A DNA stretch of 64,000 bases, from positions 121,111 to 185,110 of the forward strand of contig JAGZEK010000002.1 of assembly GCA_018368345.1 (NCBI GenBank), in the 5' to 3' direction. This stretch comes from Collinsella sp. (GTDB lineage Bacteria; Actinomycetota; Coriobacteriia; Coriobacteriales; Coriobacteriaceae). Shown in pieces: positions 38,115 to 48,676 of this stretch. The notes beneath the pieces are model-generated. The model saw nothing but the letters and a program-made list of their open reading frames with translations, did no database searches and had not been told where the DNA came from. The position numbers and the translations under genes were made by a program. The first letter of the stretch is position 1; each line of letters opens with the position of its first letter.

Positions 38115-39446
38115 CTATAAAGCCTCGAGTGCGTTGGCGATGCGCTTCATGGCGGCATCGGCGGATGCTTGGTCGGGCGCTTCGGCCAGCACGCGGATAA
38201 CCGACTCGGTTCCGCTCTTGCGCACGAGCACGCGGCCCTCGCCTGCCAGCGCAGCCTCGGCCTCGGCGATGGCGTTCTGCACGCCCATGTTCTCGAGCGC
38301 GGCGTCCTTATCCGCCACGCGCACGGCAACCTGCGCCTGCGGCAGCAGCTTGCACGGAGCCGTGAGCTGCGAGAGCGTCTCGCGCTCGGCACGAATCACT
38401 TCCATCACGCGCAGCGAGGTCATAATGCCGTCGCCCGTGCGCTCGATATCGCCAAAGATCGTATGGCCCGTCTGCTCGCCGCCCAGGCTGTAGCCGCCCT
38501 CGCGCATCTTGGCATACACGTGACGGTCACCCACGCCGCTGGTCACGACACTCAGACCGGCAAGCTCCAGCGACTTGACCAGGCCAAAGTTGCTGGCGAT
38601 CGTCGGCACCACGGTACCGCCCGAAAGGCGACCGTGCTTGTTCAGGTACACACCGCACACGTACAGGATCTGGTCGCCGTCGACCACGCGGCCGCGCTCG
38701 TCCACGGCCAGGCAGCGGTCGGCATCGCCGTCATAGGCAAAGCCCACGTCCAGGCCCTGCTCCACCACGTGGCGCTGCAGGCGCTCCATATGCGTAGAGC
38801 CGCAGTCGACGTTGATGTTAAAACCATCAGGCGCGGCATTGATCACGCGCACGTCGGCACCGAGCGCGTCAAACACCGGCTTGGCCACCGAGGATGCCGA
38901 GCCGTTGGCGCAGTCGAGACCGATCTTGACGCCCTGCAGTGAAAAGTTCGCGCTCGCGATGAGCGAGGCAATATAGCGGTTGCGGCCCTGCATGTAATCG
39001 ACCGTAGCGCCGATGTGGTTGCCTGTGGCCAGCGGCACCTCGCTCTTGCCATCGATGTAGTCCTCGATGAGCTCCAGCACGTCCTCGTCCATCTTAAAGC
39101 CGTCGCTGTTGACGAGCTTAATGCCGTTATCGCAAAACGGGTTGTGGCTCGCACTGATCATGATGCCGCAATCGAAGCAGCCCTCCACGGTCTGATGCGC
39201 CACGCCCGGCGTTGGGATCACGTGCAGCATATATGCGTCCGCACCGCTCGCGACCAGGCCACTCACCAGCGCCGCCTCGAACATATAGCTCGAGCGACGC
39301 GTGTCCTTGCCCACGACCACACGTGCCTTGCGCTCGCGGTTGGCACCGTAATACCAACCCACAAAACGGCCAATCTTGTATGCATGCTCTACGGTCAGCC
39401 CAACGTTGGCCTCGCCGCGAAAGCCGTCGGTGCCAAAGTACTTCAT
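38115..39446 (-). CDS. glmM: phosphoglucosamine mutase
   Basis: MKYFGTDGFRG N-terminus; active-site SASHNP. Confidence 0.95.
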   Translation of the reverse strand: MKYFGTDGFRGEANVGLTVEHAYKIGRFVGWYYGANRERKARVVVGKDTRRSSYMFEAALVSGLVASGADAYMLHVIPTPGVAHQTVEGCFDCGIMISASHNPFCDNGIKLVNSDGFKMDEDVLELIEDYIDGKSEVPLATGNHIGATVDYMQGRNRYIASLIASANFSLQGVKIGLDCANGSASSVAKPVFDALGADVRVINAAPDGFNINVDCGSTHMERLQRHVVEQGLDVGFAYDGDADRCLAVDERGRVVDGDQILYVCGVYLNKHGRLSGGTVVPTIASNFGLVKSLELAGLSVVTSGVGDRHVYAKMREGGYSLGGEQTGHTIFGDIERTGDGIMTSLRVMEVIRAERETLSQLTAPCKLLPQAQVAVRVADKDAALENMGVQNAIAEAEAALAGEGRVLVRKSGTESVIRVLAEAPDQASADAAMKRIANALEAL

Positions 39447-39449
39447 ATC

Positions 39450-41780
39450 TTACTTATCCTGTTCGAACGTTTGAGCGGTTGGCGTGGTACGAACCTTAAG
39501 CTCTTTGTGCCCAGAGTCCTTCGAAGTCGTGACCGTGTACTCGACCTTTATGTCTTGTCCAAGAAGCATGTGGACACCGCCCCATGCAACCTTCAAGCCA
39601 TCGTGCGTCGCTTCGTTCATCTCGATAGAACCGGAGCCCGAAGTCTTAATGTCCGAAATGCTGCCTCCCGCAGGAGCATAGAGATAAAGCCTCAGCACCT
39701 CATCGTCAATATCCTGGCTAATGCCGTTATGGCCCTGGAAATAACCAGGCATCTCGGCCTTCTCCTGGGGGGTCATCGTATTCTTGAGCGAGGTGGTCAC
39801 TCGATACGTCGTCGAGCCGTCGGCATTTTCAACCGAAGAATCGATGGTGACTCGCTTATCGAGGAACCAATCCATCTTTGAATAGCTGTAGTTGTTCACA
39901 TAAACGCCCAAGATCGGAGCCTCCGACGTATCGGTTTGGAGGGCGCCCGATATTCCAAGAGCCTTCGCGGCCTTTTCCTCGTCATCGTTTCTCGAATACA
40001 TGAGGACGCGACCCTCGGAAGCGCCCTTTTCGATGGCGGCAGCAATCTTAGTAATATCGCTGGAGCCCAGTTCGTCCACGATCTTGTTAAAAGCTGACCC
40101 GGCAACCGCCGCAAAAATGGCGTCCTGTTCCTCTACCGGGTAATTCCAATAAATATCGTGCAGCAGCACCTTTGCAGCGTTGCTTCCATCAACGACGGTG
40201 CCGTCAGGAAGCTGTGTGCCACCTACAACGCCGAGCATATACTGCAAAAATACCGGATCGACTGCAAATACACCGTCGATGTCATCTCCGACAATGGCCT
40301 TCTGCATATCGCTGGCAAGCTGAGCCGCGCGCGGATAATCGGGCGTCATCGTAACGTCGCCCATCGTGTATCCGAGCGTGTTGAATCCGGTCAGGCCCCA
40401 TCCGGTCGTGAACAAGTTTGCCTCTTCATCGGTGATGGGAAGCGGGCTCAAAGGCTCTTTCATCATGTCGACTTTGACAAAATCGCCCAGTTCGAGCTTA
40501 CCGTCAGTCACCGACATCACGCCGCGAGAACCGGGGAAACCGCCGCAGGCGCGAATCTCGACATTGCTCATCGCGAGCACAAGATAATGACGCGTCTGGC
40601 CGTTGGCGCCGAGCATCTGGGGAAGGACGGGGGCGACCTTCTCCGCCGCGTCAACCGCGCCGCTGAGGGTGGCAAAGCCATCCTTGGCCTTATCGACCAG
40701 CTCGGTCACCTGAGAAATATGCGTATCGCCAATGCCTTGGATCTTTTCGTTGGCGCTCTTGAACACCTTCGAGCTGCTGGAGAGCGAATCGGCGACCGCC
40801 TGCAGCGCAGAGACGTTGATCATCCCGTCCTGGAACAGCTTGCCGGGCGTGGCCTGCGAAAGGTTGTCGGCCATGGGAACCAGCGCATTGCTCGAGACAT
40901 CGGACAGAGCGTCGATCATGGTACGGGCCGCGTTGATGTCACTACCGTACACCGGAATAAACGAAGCCGCCGTCCACAGCGGGCTCGAGGTCTCCGCCTT
41001 CATGCTATCGCAGAGCTCGTCGATCTTCTTCGCATCGTCGGGCAGCGTCGAAAAATCGCCCGACGTGACCTTGTCCTTGAGGCCGCCGACAATCTCGACA
41101 GCCTCCTTCGCTTCGCTCTTTACGGTCTTTGCCGAGTTGAGCAGCATAAAGCCACTCGCACCAAGCGCAACGAGAAGCACCGCGACAACGGCGGCGACAA
41201 CAGCGCCAGTGTGACGCTTCTTGCGCTCGCCCTTGCGATGGCGATGACGGACCAGGCCATCCGAGGTCGAGCTCGACGAGGCGTCGTTGCCGTAGTTCAG
41301 GCCAAAATCGTAATAATCTTCCTTGGAACCGGAGCCCTTAAACTCGGCACCGTTGTCTTCCAAACGGGCGAACGTGCCGGTCTCGGAGGCACCCGTATAG
41401 ATTGTACCAAGGTTGCCCGTAAGCCCCGCGCCACCGGTAGAGGGTGCGTTGTTGGCGGCATTGCCGGCATTAATGTTGCCGGCGGTATTCGCAGCGTTGA
41501 CAGCGCCTGCGTTGTTCGCAGGCGCCGAAGGAGCCCCACTCGGCTGCGACGTGGGGGTCGCACCGCCCGCAAAGACATTCCCTCTTGCGCGACCGGTCTT
41601 TTTAGCCTTCTGAGACTGCTCGTACAGAGCGGTAAACATCGCCGTCTCGCCCGGAGACGTGCGCTTACCGGCGCTGTTCTGACCAGCTCCGCTCGGCATG
41701 CCAGCTTTTCCGGCCCCGTTCGAACGCGGCGGAACTGCAGGACGGCCGCTGTCGCTGCCCTTAAAGTGATTACCAGCCAT
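39450..41780 (-). CDS. large membrane-anchored protein, DUF4012-like
   Basis: Low-complexity N/A/G-rich N-terminus, one TM helix, about 500-aa conserved extracytoplasmic region (LVLAMSNVEIRACGGFPGS...). Adjacent to glmM. Confidence 0.55.
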   Translation of the reverse strand: MAGNHFKGSDSGRPAVPPRSNGAGKAGMPSGAGQNSAGKRTSPGETAMFTALYEQSQKAKKTGRARGNVFAGGATPTSQPSGAPSAPANNAGAVNAANTAGNINAGNAANNAPSTGGAGLTGNLGTIYTGASETGTFARLEDNGAEFKGSGSKEDYYDFGLNYGNDASSSSTSDGLVRHRHRKGERKKRHTGAVVAAVVAVLLVALGASGFMLLNSAKTVKSEAKEAVEIVGGLKDKVTSGDFSTLPDDAKKIDELCDSMKAETSSPLWTAASFIPVYGSDINAARTMIDALSDVSSNALVPMADNLSQATPGKLFQDGMINVSALQAVADSLSSSSKVFKSANEKIQGIGDTHISQVTELVDKAKDGFATLSGAVDAAEKVAPVLPQMLGANGQTRHYLVLAMSNVEIRACGGFPGSRGVMSVTDGKLELGDFVKVDMMKEPLSPLPITDEEANLFTTGWGLTGFNTLGYTMGDVTMTPDYPRAAQLASDMQKAIVGDDIDGVFAVDPVFLQYMLGVVGGTQLPDGTVVDGSNAAKVLLHDIYWNYPVEEQDAIFAAVAGSAFNKIVDELGSSDITKIAAAIEKGASEGRVLMYSRNDDEEKAAKALGISGALQTDTSEAPILGVYVNNYSYSKMDWFLDKRVTIDSSVENADGSTTYRVTTSLKNTMTPQEKAEMPGYFQGHNGISQDIDDEVLRLYLYAPAGGSISDIKTSGSGSIEMNEATHDGLKVAWGGVHMLLGQDIKVEYTVTTSKDSGHKELKVRTTPTAQTFEQDK

Positions 41781-41929
41781 AAAGAAATCCTCGCAATTGA
41801 GTCGCAATAGAAAAGTCCATAACGCTATTAGTTTATGGCATATTGAGCATCGACAGCTAAACTCCAGACACGGCTATCAATTGGCGAAAATGTGGCGCAA
41901 CACCTTATCTGTCTTGGCGGCGGCGCCAG

Positions 41930-42952
41930 CTACACCGTGAGGAACATCATCACGATGATCATGGCAAAGCCGATAAGGTCGGTCGGCAAAAACACCGTGC
42001 CCAGCATGACGGCGCTGGTGATGGTCGCCGAGACCGGCTCCACGGTTCCAATGAGGCTTGCGCGAACCGAGCCAATGTCCTTAACGCCCTGCATATACAG
42101 CATGTAGGCAAAAAACGAACCGATAACCACGAATACCGCGAGAGCCTCGATACCGGCAGCATCAAGTGCCGGCATATGCGCCCAAGGCTGAACCACGGCG
42201 CACGAAACGATGCCTGCCGTGAGCATGGCCGAACCCGTGACGATGGGGCTGCCGTATTCGGGCAGAATCTTAGCGGGAATCACTGCCATGCAGGTGGCGC
42301 TGACCGCACACATGAGGCCCGCGATCAAGCCGAGCGGCGAGATGTTCAGGCTGGTGGGATCACCTCCGGTAGCGATTAAAAAGGTGCCGCCCAGGGCCAA
42401 GCCGATGCCGACCGCCTCGCGCACGCGCGGCATGCGGCGGTCGACCACGCAGGTGTAGCCCATGATAATGACCAATTGCAGACACTGAAGCACCGTTGCG
42501 GTTCCGGCATTGGTCAGGCGCACGGCCGAAAGATAGCAAAACTGGTTAAACAGCAGGCCAAAGGCGGTAAAAAGCAGCAGCTGCCTGCGGTCGGCAGGTG
42601 TGGTCCAGAGCTTAACCAGGCGCTCGCGGTCGCGCGTAACGACCACGGCCATAAAGAGCAGCCCGGCGAGAATCTGGCGCACGCTCATAAGCCACAGAGT
42701 GTCGACGTGATAGGTGTCGAACAGGAAGCTCGCGCTGGTGCCCGAGAAGCCCCAAAACGAACCGCCCACCAGCGTAGCCAAGACGCCCGTGATCATCTTG
42801 CGCGTCGAAGCGTTGTTCAGGCGGTCGCGCCATGCGCGACGGGTGTTGCGGCTGAGCTCGTCGGTGCCCTCGGGCACATCAATGTTCGATATATCGGTCA
42901 TCGGCACCGAAGCCCCTGCGCCTTCGACCTGCTCGACACACTCTTTGCTCAT
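41930..42952 (-). CDS. EamA/DMT-family transporter
   Basis: Ten TM helices with two EamA repeats. Start at MSKECVEQ. Confidence 0.8.
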   Translation of the reverse strand: MSKECVEQVEGAGASVPMTDISNIDVPEGTDELSRNTRRAWRDRLNNASTRKMITGVLATLVGGSFWGFSGTSASFLFDTYHVDTLWLMSVRQILAGLLFMAVVVTRDRERLVKLWTTPADRRQLLLFTAFGLLFNQFCYLSAVRLTNAGTATVLQCLQLVIIMGYTCVVDRRMPRVREAVGIGLALGGTFLIATGGDPTSLNISPLGLIAGLMCAVSATCMAVIPAKILPEYGSPIVTGSAMLTAGIVSCAVVQPWAHMPALDAAGIEALAVFVVIGSFFAYMLYMQGVKDIGSVRASLIGTVEPVSATITSAVMLGTVFLPTDLIGFAMIIVMMFLTV

Positions 42953-43241
42953 TCCACTCCCCCGAAACAGCCTGGAAATAATTCGGCTTACCTTACCATG
43001 GCGAAGGCACCAGTTGGAGGCTTGTCCGCTTATCGGTAGGACAATTCCGCAGGCGTCTTTCCATAGCTCGATACCGCAATGGCCTTGCATTATGCGACAG
43101 CCAAATCGCGGCAGCAGGCTCTTTTGAAATGGATATGACAAAGCCCCCGAATTCCACAATGTAAGCGATTTTTAAAAATGTTCTTGCCACCGAGTTCAGG
43201 CTCCGTTATATTATCCCTTGCGCGCTTGCGCACCCTTGATC

Positions 43242-43316
43242 GGGCGTTTAGCTCAGGGGGAGAGCGCTTCCCTGACACGGAAGAGGTCAGAAGTTCAAAT
43301 CTTCTAACGCCCACCA
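43242..43316 (+). tRNA. tRNA-Val (anticodon GAC), CCA encoded
   Basis: gggcgtttagctcagggggagagcgcttccctGACacggaagaggtcagaagttcaaatcttctaacgcccacca. A terminator hairpin cagaggctatgtcctctg plus T-tract follows. Confidence 0.9.
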
Positions 43317-43542
43317 AATGTTCGCAGCTCAGAGGCTATGTCCTCTGGGCTGTTTTGTTTTATGTCGCCAAATCCGCCGGCAGTTCCAACCGCCCAACTA
43401 GCCAAAAGCCGACCATCTACTAGCCGATATATCCATCGGCGTAACCAAGCAGTCCGCGCCGCAACTTCTCAACAAAACGCCGCGATGTCTGCGCCCTGCG
43501 GTATCCTTGAGCCACTTGCACCCGCAGCACCAAGGAGCCGCC

Positions 43543-44229
43543 ATGCGCACCGAGCTCGATGTCCCCTTTTCGCACAAAGAAGAAGCCAAAGCGCTGGGCG
43601 CCAAATGGGACCGGACCAAGAAGATCTGGTATGTACCCAGCGGCGTCAACCCCGAGCCCTTTGCCGAGTGGCTGCCCGGTGTTGACCGATCCGACCCCTC
43701 AGCGCCGTATATATATCTAGTACTGGGCAAGCGCGAGTGCTGGAAGTGTCACAAAGAGACCTCGGTCGCGGCCTTCGGCATTCCCTATCGAACCGATAAC
43801 GACAAGGGCATCGCCATCGCGCACGCGCCCAACGAAGCCGGGCACATTACCATCGATACGGCAAACGCCAACGCACTCGCCATCGTGCCCGCTCTTGGCT
43901 GCGTGCCGGGCGAGATCCGCGACTATCTTTCTAAGCGCTGCGGCTACAAGCCCGTAGGCGCGCGAGCCTCCAAAGCCCCGTCGCTCGGCAACACGTGCAC
44001 CAGTTGCGACGCGCTGCAAGGCAGCCGCTATCTGTTCGAGGAGCCCTCGTCCCCGTTTGCCCTCACTGCCATCAACAAGCTGCCGGCACTGGAGTTTGTA
44101 CGCGTCGAAGTTGCCGGCGTCTTTGGCGTCCCGGCCACGCGCACCGACTTTGACCAGGCGCTCTTTACCTGGGCACGCGACCATCACACCGAGTTCCACA
44201 GGCAACTCGGTGAGGGGGTTTATTTATAG
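43543..44229 (+). CDS. DUF5710-like N-terminal domain protein with CxxC...CxxC zinc-ribbon
   Basis: ELDVPFSHKEEAKALGAKWDRTKKIWYVP resembles the DUF5710 fold seen on primases and plasmid proteins; CWKC...CTSC. First gene of the island after tRNA-Val. Confidence 0.55.
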   Translation: MRTELDVPFSHKEEAKALGAKWDRTKKIWYVPSGVNPEPFAEWLPGVDRSDPSAPYIYLVLGKRECWKCHKETSVAAFGIPYRTDNDKGIAIAHAPNEAGHITIDTANANALAIVPALGCVPGEIRDYLSKRCGYKPVGARASKAPSLGNTCTSCDALQGSRYLFEEPSSPFALTAINKLPALEFVRVEVAGVFGVPATRTDFDQALFTWARDHHTEFHRQLGEGVYL

Positions 44230-44285
44230 AGATGACATCGAGGCATTGAGGAGCAGGAGCTCGATCGTTAAACAATCCCAAAACG

Positions 44286-45791
44286 CTACAGCCCCAGAAT
44301 GTGCTCCAGATAGCCCTTGTTGAACCAGAACGATTGCTTCGTCATCCAGCGCCCGTCGGGCAGTTCGCAAGCATTCCTTGCGATGTCACCAATCTCTGTT
44401 CCATCGGCAAACTTGTAAGCCGCTTTTGACGTATGCGGGCGAACGTGAACAATTGGGTTGTCCGCCATACCGGGCAGATTGTTAGTCACTTTGAGCTTTC
44501 CGCTCGCATCCCAATACGGATTGAGCTCAACGCCCTCACGTATTACCTTTCGCGTCTCATCCCAACAAGCTTTCGCAGGACCTTCGATTTCGTTTTCTCC
44601 CATCGCCCAGAACAAACAACGGTCGAGACGCAGCACGCCATCGTGGTCCTCGCGAAACACAACGAAGAAGAAGCGATTGGTCTCAAGGCACGCATGAAAA
44701 GGCGACGTTTCCCAGTCTTCCTCAATCAAACGCTTGAACTCAAACGGCGGGAACGACATAGCCTGCTCGATGTGCCCCCTGTTGTTAACTCGAACGGTTC
44801 GGACGGAAATGCCTGCCTTGACGAATTCCTCGGCAGCATTGTTTTTGATTCCGAGCATACGATAGACGAGCGTTGTCCATTGCGCCTTATTGCCCGTGTA
44901 CGCTAGTCCATACTGTTCGGCAATTTGGCGATCGGTCTCACCGTAATGACGCTCGATAAGTCCAGTTACGTAACTTTCGAAATCAATGGACTCATCGCCA
45001 GCTTGAACGATACTCTCGCCAACGCGCGGGGCACCGAGCACGTAGGTATGAAGCACATAGTCCATATACGAGCGCTTGAGGGAAAAGGCGCGACGCTTTG
45101 CGCGATGGCGCTCAATCTCACCCGTATCGGTATTGAAGTACTCGTAATATTGGTCAACCCACATCGTCGCTTCAGTTGCGCCCTTTGTGCAGGCACCCAA
45201 GTAGGTGGTCATTCCTTCCGATAGCTCGTCCGCGCGACCATCCTGAATGTACGAAATGATCTTTTCGTAGTCGGCGCGAATGATCTTCATATCCTCTTCG
45301 GGCAGGCGAACCATGACCGCGCGCTCAATGCGTTGGTCGTATTTATCGATGGAACGATCTCGACCGTAATAAATCAACAAGATATTGCTGAGCTTGGTCT
45401 TAAGGTGCGAATTGTCATAGTCGAGCGAAACGGGACGGTCGTAGGGAATCATCGTCAAGACAAGACGTTCGCCGGCAGATTTTCGACCGTCTTTAAGTAC
45501 GTCAAAACACGTTGCCTTAAGCTCGACGCCCGCCTCGGGAAAGTCCGGCCGATCATCGCTGTTGGCCTTGTAGCCAAAGTAACGCTCCTCAATCAGGGTT
45601 CCCATACCGCCCTTGTACTTCTTGGATCCAAAGTCCTTAGGCGCGCTCTCCCCCTCCGGCGCAATGCCAAGCTCGAGAATATCGCGAAACGTCATCCCGT
45701 CGAGATTGGCAGCATACCGCTCGATGCTAGAGGGGTCAGAAAAATCAGTATCGTCAAGCATGCGCTTGAAATCGAGGTGCTTCTTGGACAT
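44286..45791 (-). CDS. Sau3AI-like Type II restriction endonuclease (tandem MutH-like domains; predicted GATC specificity)
   Basis: 502 aa (Sau3AI is about 489 aa). MutH/Sau3AI-type N-domain (MGTLIEERYFGY, GVELKATCFD, RLVLTMIPYD) and a degenerate second domain. Start at MSKKHLDF; divergent from the MTase. Confidence 0.7.
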   Translation of the reverse strand: MSKKHLDFKRMLDDTDFSDPSSIERYAANLDGMTFRDILELGIAPEGESAPKDFGSKKYKGGMGTLIEERYFGYKANSDDRPDFPEAGVELKATCFDVLKDGRKSAGERLVLTMIPYDRPVSLDYDNSHLKTKLSNILLIYYGRDRSIDKYDQRIERAVMVRLPEEDMKIIRADYEKIISYIQDGRADELSEGMTTYLGACTKGATEATMWVDQYYEYFNTDTGEIERHRAKRRAFSLKRSYMDYVLHTYVLGAPRVGESIVQAGDESIDFESYVTGLIERHYGETDRQIAEQYGLAYTGNKAQWTTLVYRMLGIKNNAAEEFVKAGISVRTVRVNNRGHIEQAMSFPPFEFKRLIEEDWETSPFHACLETNRFFFVVFREDHDGVLRLDRCLFWAMGENEIEGPAKACWDETRKVIREGVELNPYWDASGKLKVTNNLPGMADNPIVHVRPHTSKAAYKFADGTEIGDIARNACELPDGRWMTKQSFWFNKGYLEHILGL

Positions 45792-45932
45792 AGGGTACCT
45801 CCGAACGTCGCAGTTAACCTCATGGTAGTTCAGGGCAGCATATTCCTCCATGAAATTGAGGTCTTGATCTTGTCCGCTCGATCGGCTATTGTTGTGAGCA
45901 CCATAAACGGACACAGCAGCGATTGGAGAAAC

Positions 45933-47195
45933 GTGTCTGAGATTAACATTGCCGAGCTTTTTGCGGGCGTCGGCGGATTTCGTCTGGGTCTTGAAGGCTA
46001 TGCCGACCCGCGTCATCCCGAGTTTTACATGAAGCCCGCTGGCCCCTTCCATACCATTTGGGCAAACCAGTGGGAACCGCCCGGAACCAAAACTCGTCAG
46101 TTCGCGGCACGTTGCTATATGGACCGCTTTGGCGAAGATTCCGTAGTCAACGAAGATATCAATAAGGTCTTGGATCAGGTTGAAGCCGGCAAAATTAAAA
46201 TCCCCGACGTGCAAATGGTCGTCGGTGGCTTCCCTTGCCAGGACTACTCTGTTGCACGCCCGCTCAATCAGGCGCACGGCATCGAGGGCAAGAAGGGTGT
46301 CCTTTGGTGGGACATCTATCACTTCCTCGAAATGAAGAAGCCCAAGTTCGGTCTCTTTGAGAACGTCGACCGCCTGCTCAAGTCGCCCGCGTCTCAACGC
46401 GGTCGCGACTTCGCCATCATCCTAAGCTGTCTTGCCGACCTCGACTACACGGTCGAATGGCGCGTGGTCAACTCTGCCGAATACGGTTTCCCCCAGCGTC
46501 GCAAGCGTGTTTATATCTTTTGCGAAAAGGGCGCTGGCAAGGTTGATCTCGTTGATCGCATGCACAACGGCGTCATGGCTAAAGCCTTCCCCGCCATCTA
46601 TCCCGACGAGATGTCCGAACTCGACGTTTTACCCGACCCCTACGAGAACTCAACTCGTTTTGGCATCGGCCAAAAGACCTCTCAATTCAAGAATGCTGGC
46701 GTCATGCAGGGCTGTCATGTTCTGACCTGCGACTTTGCCGAGGACTATCACGGTGAACGCCGCGTGCTTGGCGACGTGCTTGTCGACGTGGCTGATGTCC
46801 CGGATCAGTTCTACATCTCCGACGAAAAGCTTCCCGACTGGCGCTACCTTAAGGGCAGCAAGCGCGAAGAACGCACTAACAAAAAGACAGGCTTTACGTA
46901 CACGTATTCCGAGGGAGCCATGAGCTTCCCGGATGCCACCGACAAGCCGAGCCGCACCATCCTCACAGGAGAAGGCGGCACGGGAGCGAGCCGCTTCAAG
47001 CACGTCATCGAATGTCCCGATGGCCGTTTCCGCCGTCTTGTTCCTGACGAGCTCGATCAGCTTCAGGGATTCCCGAAAGGCTGGACCGATACGGGCATGA
47101 CTGACGGCCATCGAGCCTTCTGCATGGGCAACGCACTCGTCACCGGCGTGCCCCATCGCATTGGCGAAGCCATGGTCGAAGTGTACGGCCTGTAG
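45933..47195 (+). CDS. DNA (cytosine-5)-methyltransferase (M.Sau3AI-like)
   Basis: Motif I FAGVGGFRLG, motif IV GGFPCQDYS, motif VI ENV, motif VIII QRRKRVYIF. GTG start at 45933 with a GGAGAA RBS. The longer ORF-track N-terminus is antisense to the R gene. Confidence 0.85.
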   Translation: MSEINIAELFAGVGGFRLGLEGYADPRHPEFYMKPAGPFHTIWANQWEPPGTKTRQFAARCYMDRFGEDSVVNEDINKVLDQVEAGKIKIPDVQMVVGGFPCQDYSVARPLNQAHGIEGKKGVLWWDIYHFLEMKKPKFGLFENVDRLLKSPASQRGRDFAIILSCLADLDYTVEWRVVNSAEYGFPQRRKRVYIFCEKGAGKVDLVDRMHNGVMAKAFPAIYPDEMSELDVLPDPYENSTRFGIGQKTSQFKNAGVMQGCHVLTCDFAEDYHGERRVLGDVLVDVADVPDQFYISDEKLPDWRYLKGSKREERTNKKTGFTYTYSEGAMSFPDATDKPSRTILTGEGGTGASRFKHVIECPDGRFRRLVPDELDQLQGFPKGWTDTGMTDGHRAFCMGNALVTGVPHRIGEAMVEVYGL

Positions 47196-47328
47196 CCTTT
47201 TATTTTTATTCTTTAAGTTGGCGAGGAATCGACACCGTCGATGACCTCGCCTTTTCTTACATTAAGCAAGGACTTGGCTTGTCGCTCTTTATAATCGAAG
47301 GCTCCGTGTCGCTCGACAACAGCAGCGT

Positions 47329-48522
47329 TTATTGGTCTCCATCTAAACCAACCGGCAAAAATGCAATAGTTCCATCTTCTTTGACTTCATATTGCACAAA
47401 CTTCAAACTAAGCCAACGATGGGTCATCGGCGGGCGCCCTTTTACGTCATAGCGAACCATTTCCGCCAAATGCCGCTTCAGAGAATTGGTGTCAAAGCTT
47501 CTTGCGACAAGATACGCCTCGATCATCGCGTAACCACTGTGAGCATATTCGCTTCTAACCCAGTCAACATATCTCATGACTTGAGCAATATCTGTACCTT
47601 GAGCAATATCTTTCTTCAGCTCTGCCACGATATATTTTTCGACAATTCTATCTGTGTCGGGAATCCACCTATACCCAAATACATCCATGCGGTCCATGTA
47701 CATTACGGGCTTATTTGGAGAGGCGGGAACCTGATGGTCTAAATAATCCCAATGCCCAAATACCTTCTCCGTTTCCACTTCTTGCGAAGCCAGCTGACTA
47801 AGAAGGCCAACTTCCAATAGCATCTCTTTTGAAAGAGACCCGCAGTCTTGCCTATTTGAAGAGAGTAGGCTCTTGATTTGCAAGCCAGTCGGTGCCGAAA
47901 TGTTACGCAACCAATCTGGCTGATTAATCTCTATAGTTTGGCCGTTCGGCCAATTGGCTCGTAACACCGCCGCTTTAAAAGCGGCGTTTTCATCATCATC
48001 AAGCTTGATAAACGATCTCTTCTCAAAGACACGCAATGATCGAAATGCCGATGGATTGGTTAGAAGCAAATCGTCCATATCAACGGACATTTTGAATAAC
48101 GCCGGATCTGCTGTAAATTTTATAATCCAACGCCCTATACGTTTGTCATCCCGTGCATCCTTGTAAGCCGCCTCAAGGCAAGCCTTATCAATGTCTATCG
48201 TTTCCGTCGAAGTAGCACCTTTAAAATTCTCGATTACGGCGGCGCCCTCAAAAGAGTCTATTTTTCCAATGCCGTATATCTTTCGTTTGCTAAAGAAATA
48301 GACGTTATCGCCGGGACGCATAGTTACGTAGTCACCCAGAGTCGCTTCTGTCGCGCTACTCCACTTCGGATTCATAAGCGTAGAATAGGCTCCTCTTTTC
48401 ATGCATTCGGTCGCTTCTTCCTCTTTAGAAAACGTAAATAGATAGCCCGCCATACTTCCTCCGTTATTGATGGTTGAGCTCAGGTGCCCCAGCGCCCAGT
48501 CAAAGCAATTAAAGTCCTGCAC
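47329..48522 (-). CDS. candidate modification-dependent restriction endonuclease: PUA/EVE-like N-domain plus a PD-(D/E)xK-like C-domain
   Basis: N-terminal GAYSTLMNPKWS..MRPGDNVYFFSKRKIYGIGKI resembles the EVE/PUA fold. C-terminal PDTD...IVAELKK fits D...(D/E)xK. Lies in the AT-richer segment. Domain calls are by eye only. Confidence 0.45.
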   Translation of the reverse strand: MQDFNCFDWALGHLSSTINNGGSMAGYLFTFSKEEEATECMKRGAYSTLMNPKWSSATEATLGDYVTMRPGDNVYFFSKRKIYGIGKIDSFEGAAVIENFKGATSTETIDIDKACLEAAYKDARDDKRIGRWIIKFTADPALFKMSVDMDDLLLTNPSAFRSLRVFEKRSFIKLDDDENAAFKAAVLRANWPNGQTIEINQPDWLRNISAPTGLQIKSLLSSNRQDCGSLSKEMLLEVGLLSQLASQEVETEKVFGHWDYLDHQVPASPNKPVMYMDRMDVFGYRWIPDTDRIVEKYIVAELKKDIAQGTDIAQVMRYVDWVRSEYAHSGYAMIEAYLVARSFDTNSLKRHLAEMVRYDVKGRPPMTHRWLSLKFVQYEVKEDGTIAFLPVGLDGDQ

Positions 48523-48676
48523 AGTTTATGCCACCTTCGTTGCAATGGTTATCGCAATAAGGCTCCTGCCCATGTCCACGGTATTCGATATGGTCAGACA
48601 GAACCTAACATTTCCACTCCGCCCTTGACCCTAATGAGCAGCATGCTTAGGCTTTCGGGCAATAAGTTGTTTTGGA

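Noticed and set aside
45333-45932. N-terminal 200 codons of the 620-aa plus-strand ORF 45333..47195
   Set aside because: This part is antisense to the Sau3AI-like endonuclease gene. The MTase motifs begin only after 45933, where a GTG with a good RBS gives a 420-aa product matching M.Sau3AI size.
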